In this document: piece by piece, positions 63,077-64,000 of the stretch
How the letters are laid out: every line of letters begins with the position of its first letter
How positions within the stretch are numbered: position 1 is the stretch's first letter
Source: Chiloscyllium plagiosum
Lineage: Eukaryota
Assembly (NCBI RefSeq): GCF_004010195.1
Contig: NC_057718.1
Location: forward strand, 43,983,809-44,047,808
Reading direction: 5' to 3'
DNA: 64,000 bases
Program-made: the position numbers and the translations under genes
Notes under the pieces: model-generated
What the model saw: only the letters and a program-made list of their open reading frames with translations
Database searches by the model: none
What the model was told of the DNA's origin: nothing

Positions 63077-64000
63077 TGGGTGGAATCTTACAGGAAGCTG
63101 ATTGACGTCAACCATGATGAGATATCTGACAGAGTCAGACAAGATGCCTCGCAAGGTTTATCTCAATAAAACAAGCAACTTGAACCATCTTTTATGGTTT
63201 ACCCAAGTGGCATTGCAAGATTGTTGCCAGGCAGTGGTCAGTTGCCATTTGATGGTGATTATTGCTTGTTAAAGACATTGTCAATGGCATAACTCTTACC
63301 AAACCTGCATAACAAGCTCACCATTGGGAAAATCCAACATAGAAAGCAACTACGATAACTCAGCTTGTTGCTTGCTCTGGACAATCTCTATGTTGCCTGC
63401 AACCAAACTGCAGTTCCAGGCATGATCCAAGGGCACCTTTCACCCACAGATATTGGCATGTGGCATCTGACAACTCCTCATGACTATCTTGGCACCTTTC
63501 CAGTGCACTGCCAGTATGCTCTAGAAGTACAGATGTGCACTGTAGGTGCAGCAGCCACCAGCATTAAAAGGATGCAACTTGGATACTGTGCACACAAGAG
63601 CAGGCACCCAGCTCATGGACTGGATCAGGCGACATCTTAGGGCTTGCACTCTTAGTGCCTACTAGCATGCCTGCAACATGCATGCCTTCCCTTACTTTAC
63701 CAATTAGCTCTGTTACACAGTAGGCAGCTTGCCTTGCTGCTCATCTGTCTTCAGAGTAGAGGGTGCACATGTGCAGCACCATGCTACTTCAAGTTCACAC
63801 CCGAACCAAGTGTCTGCAGTTTCTTTTAAAACCACACAGCATGTGTAGCAAACAAACAGGCACATCTCAAAGTCTTAGGGGAGTAATCCTTACTGAAGTC
63901 CATGGAGACACCTGCCAGTCAGAGGGTGTTTCAGTGGATACTCACATCCCTTACACTAATTACCCCAAGTCAGTGAATGGTCAGGGGACAGGAAGGTGTG
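63077..64000. mobile_element. Third Harbinger-family remnant running off the window end
   Basis: GGGTGGAATCTTAC terminus-like start and shared CACCCAGCTCATGGACTGGA segment. Confidence 0.55.

Noticed and set aside
1..64000. CRISPR array, prokaryotic operon or viral genes
   Set aside because: No regularly spaced repeats and no gene-dense coding. All recurring motifs are vertebrate SINE, LINE or Penelope pieces.

Overview
AT-rich, repeat-rich cartilaginous-fish genomic DNA. HE1 SINEs, HER1/CR1 LINEs, a Deu-domain SINE and Penelope elements indicate an elasmobranch, probably a bamboo/epaulette-type carpet shark (inference). The only host-gene signal is three + strand exons of usherin (USH2A), matching human exons 39, 40 and 41 (fibronectin type III region; human comparison from memory). 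The exon 39 and 40 equivalents are open and have the expected 151 and 143 bp. The exon 41 equivalent is destroyed: an in-frame TAG, four frameshifting deletions, a 9-bp deletion and two retroelement insertions. The long usherin isoform therefore looks pseudogenised. The rest is intronic: CR1, RTE, Gypsy and Harbinger remnants, many hammerhead-ribozyme-bearing Penelope elements with long TSDs (including a four-level nest at 15.6-18.4 kb), and several repeat-free blocks that resemble conserved non-coding elements. Most entries in the ORF track are repeat-derived or spurious. Boundaries of old repeats are approximate.
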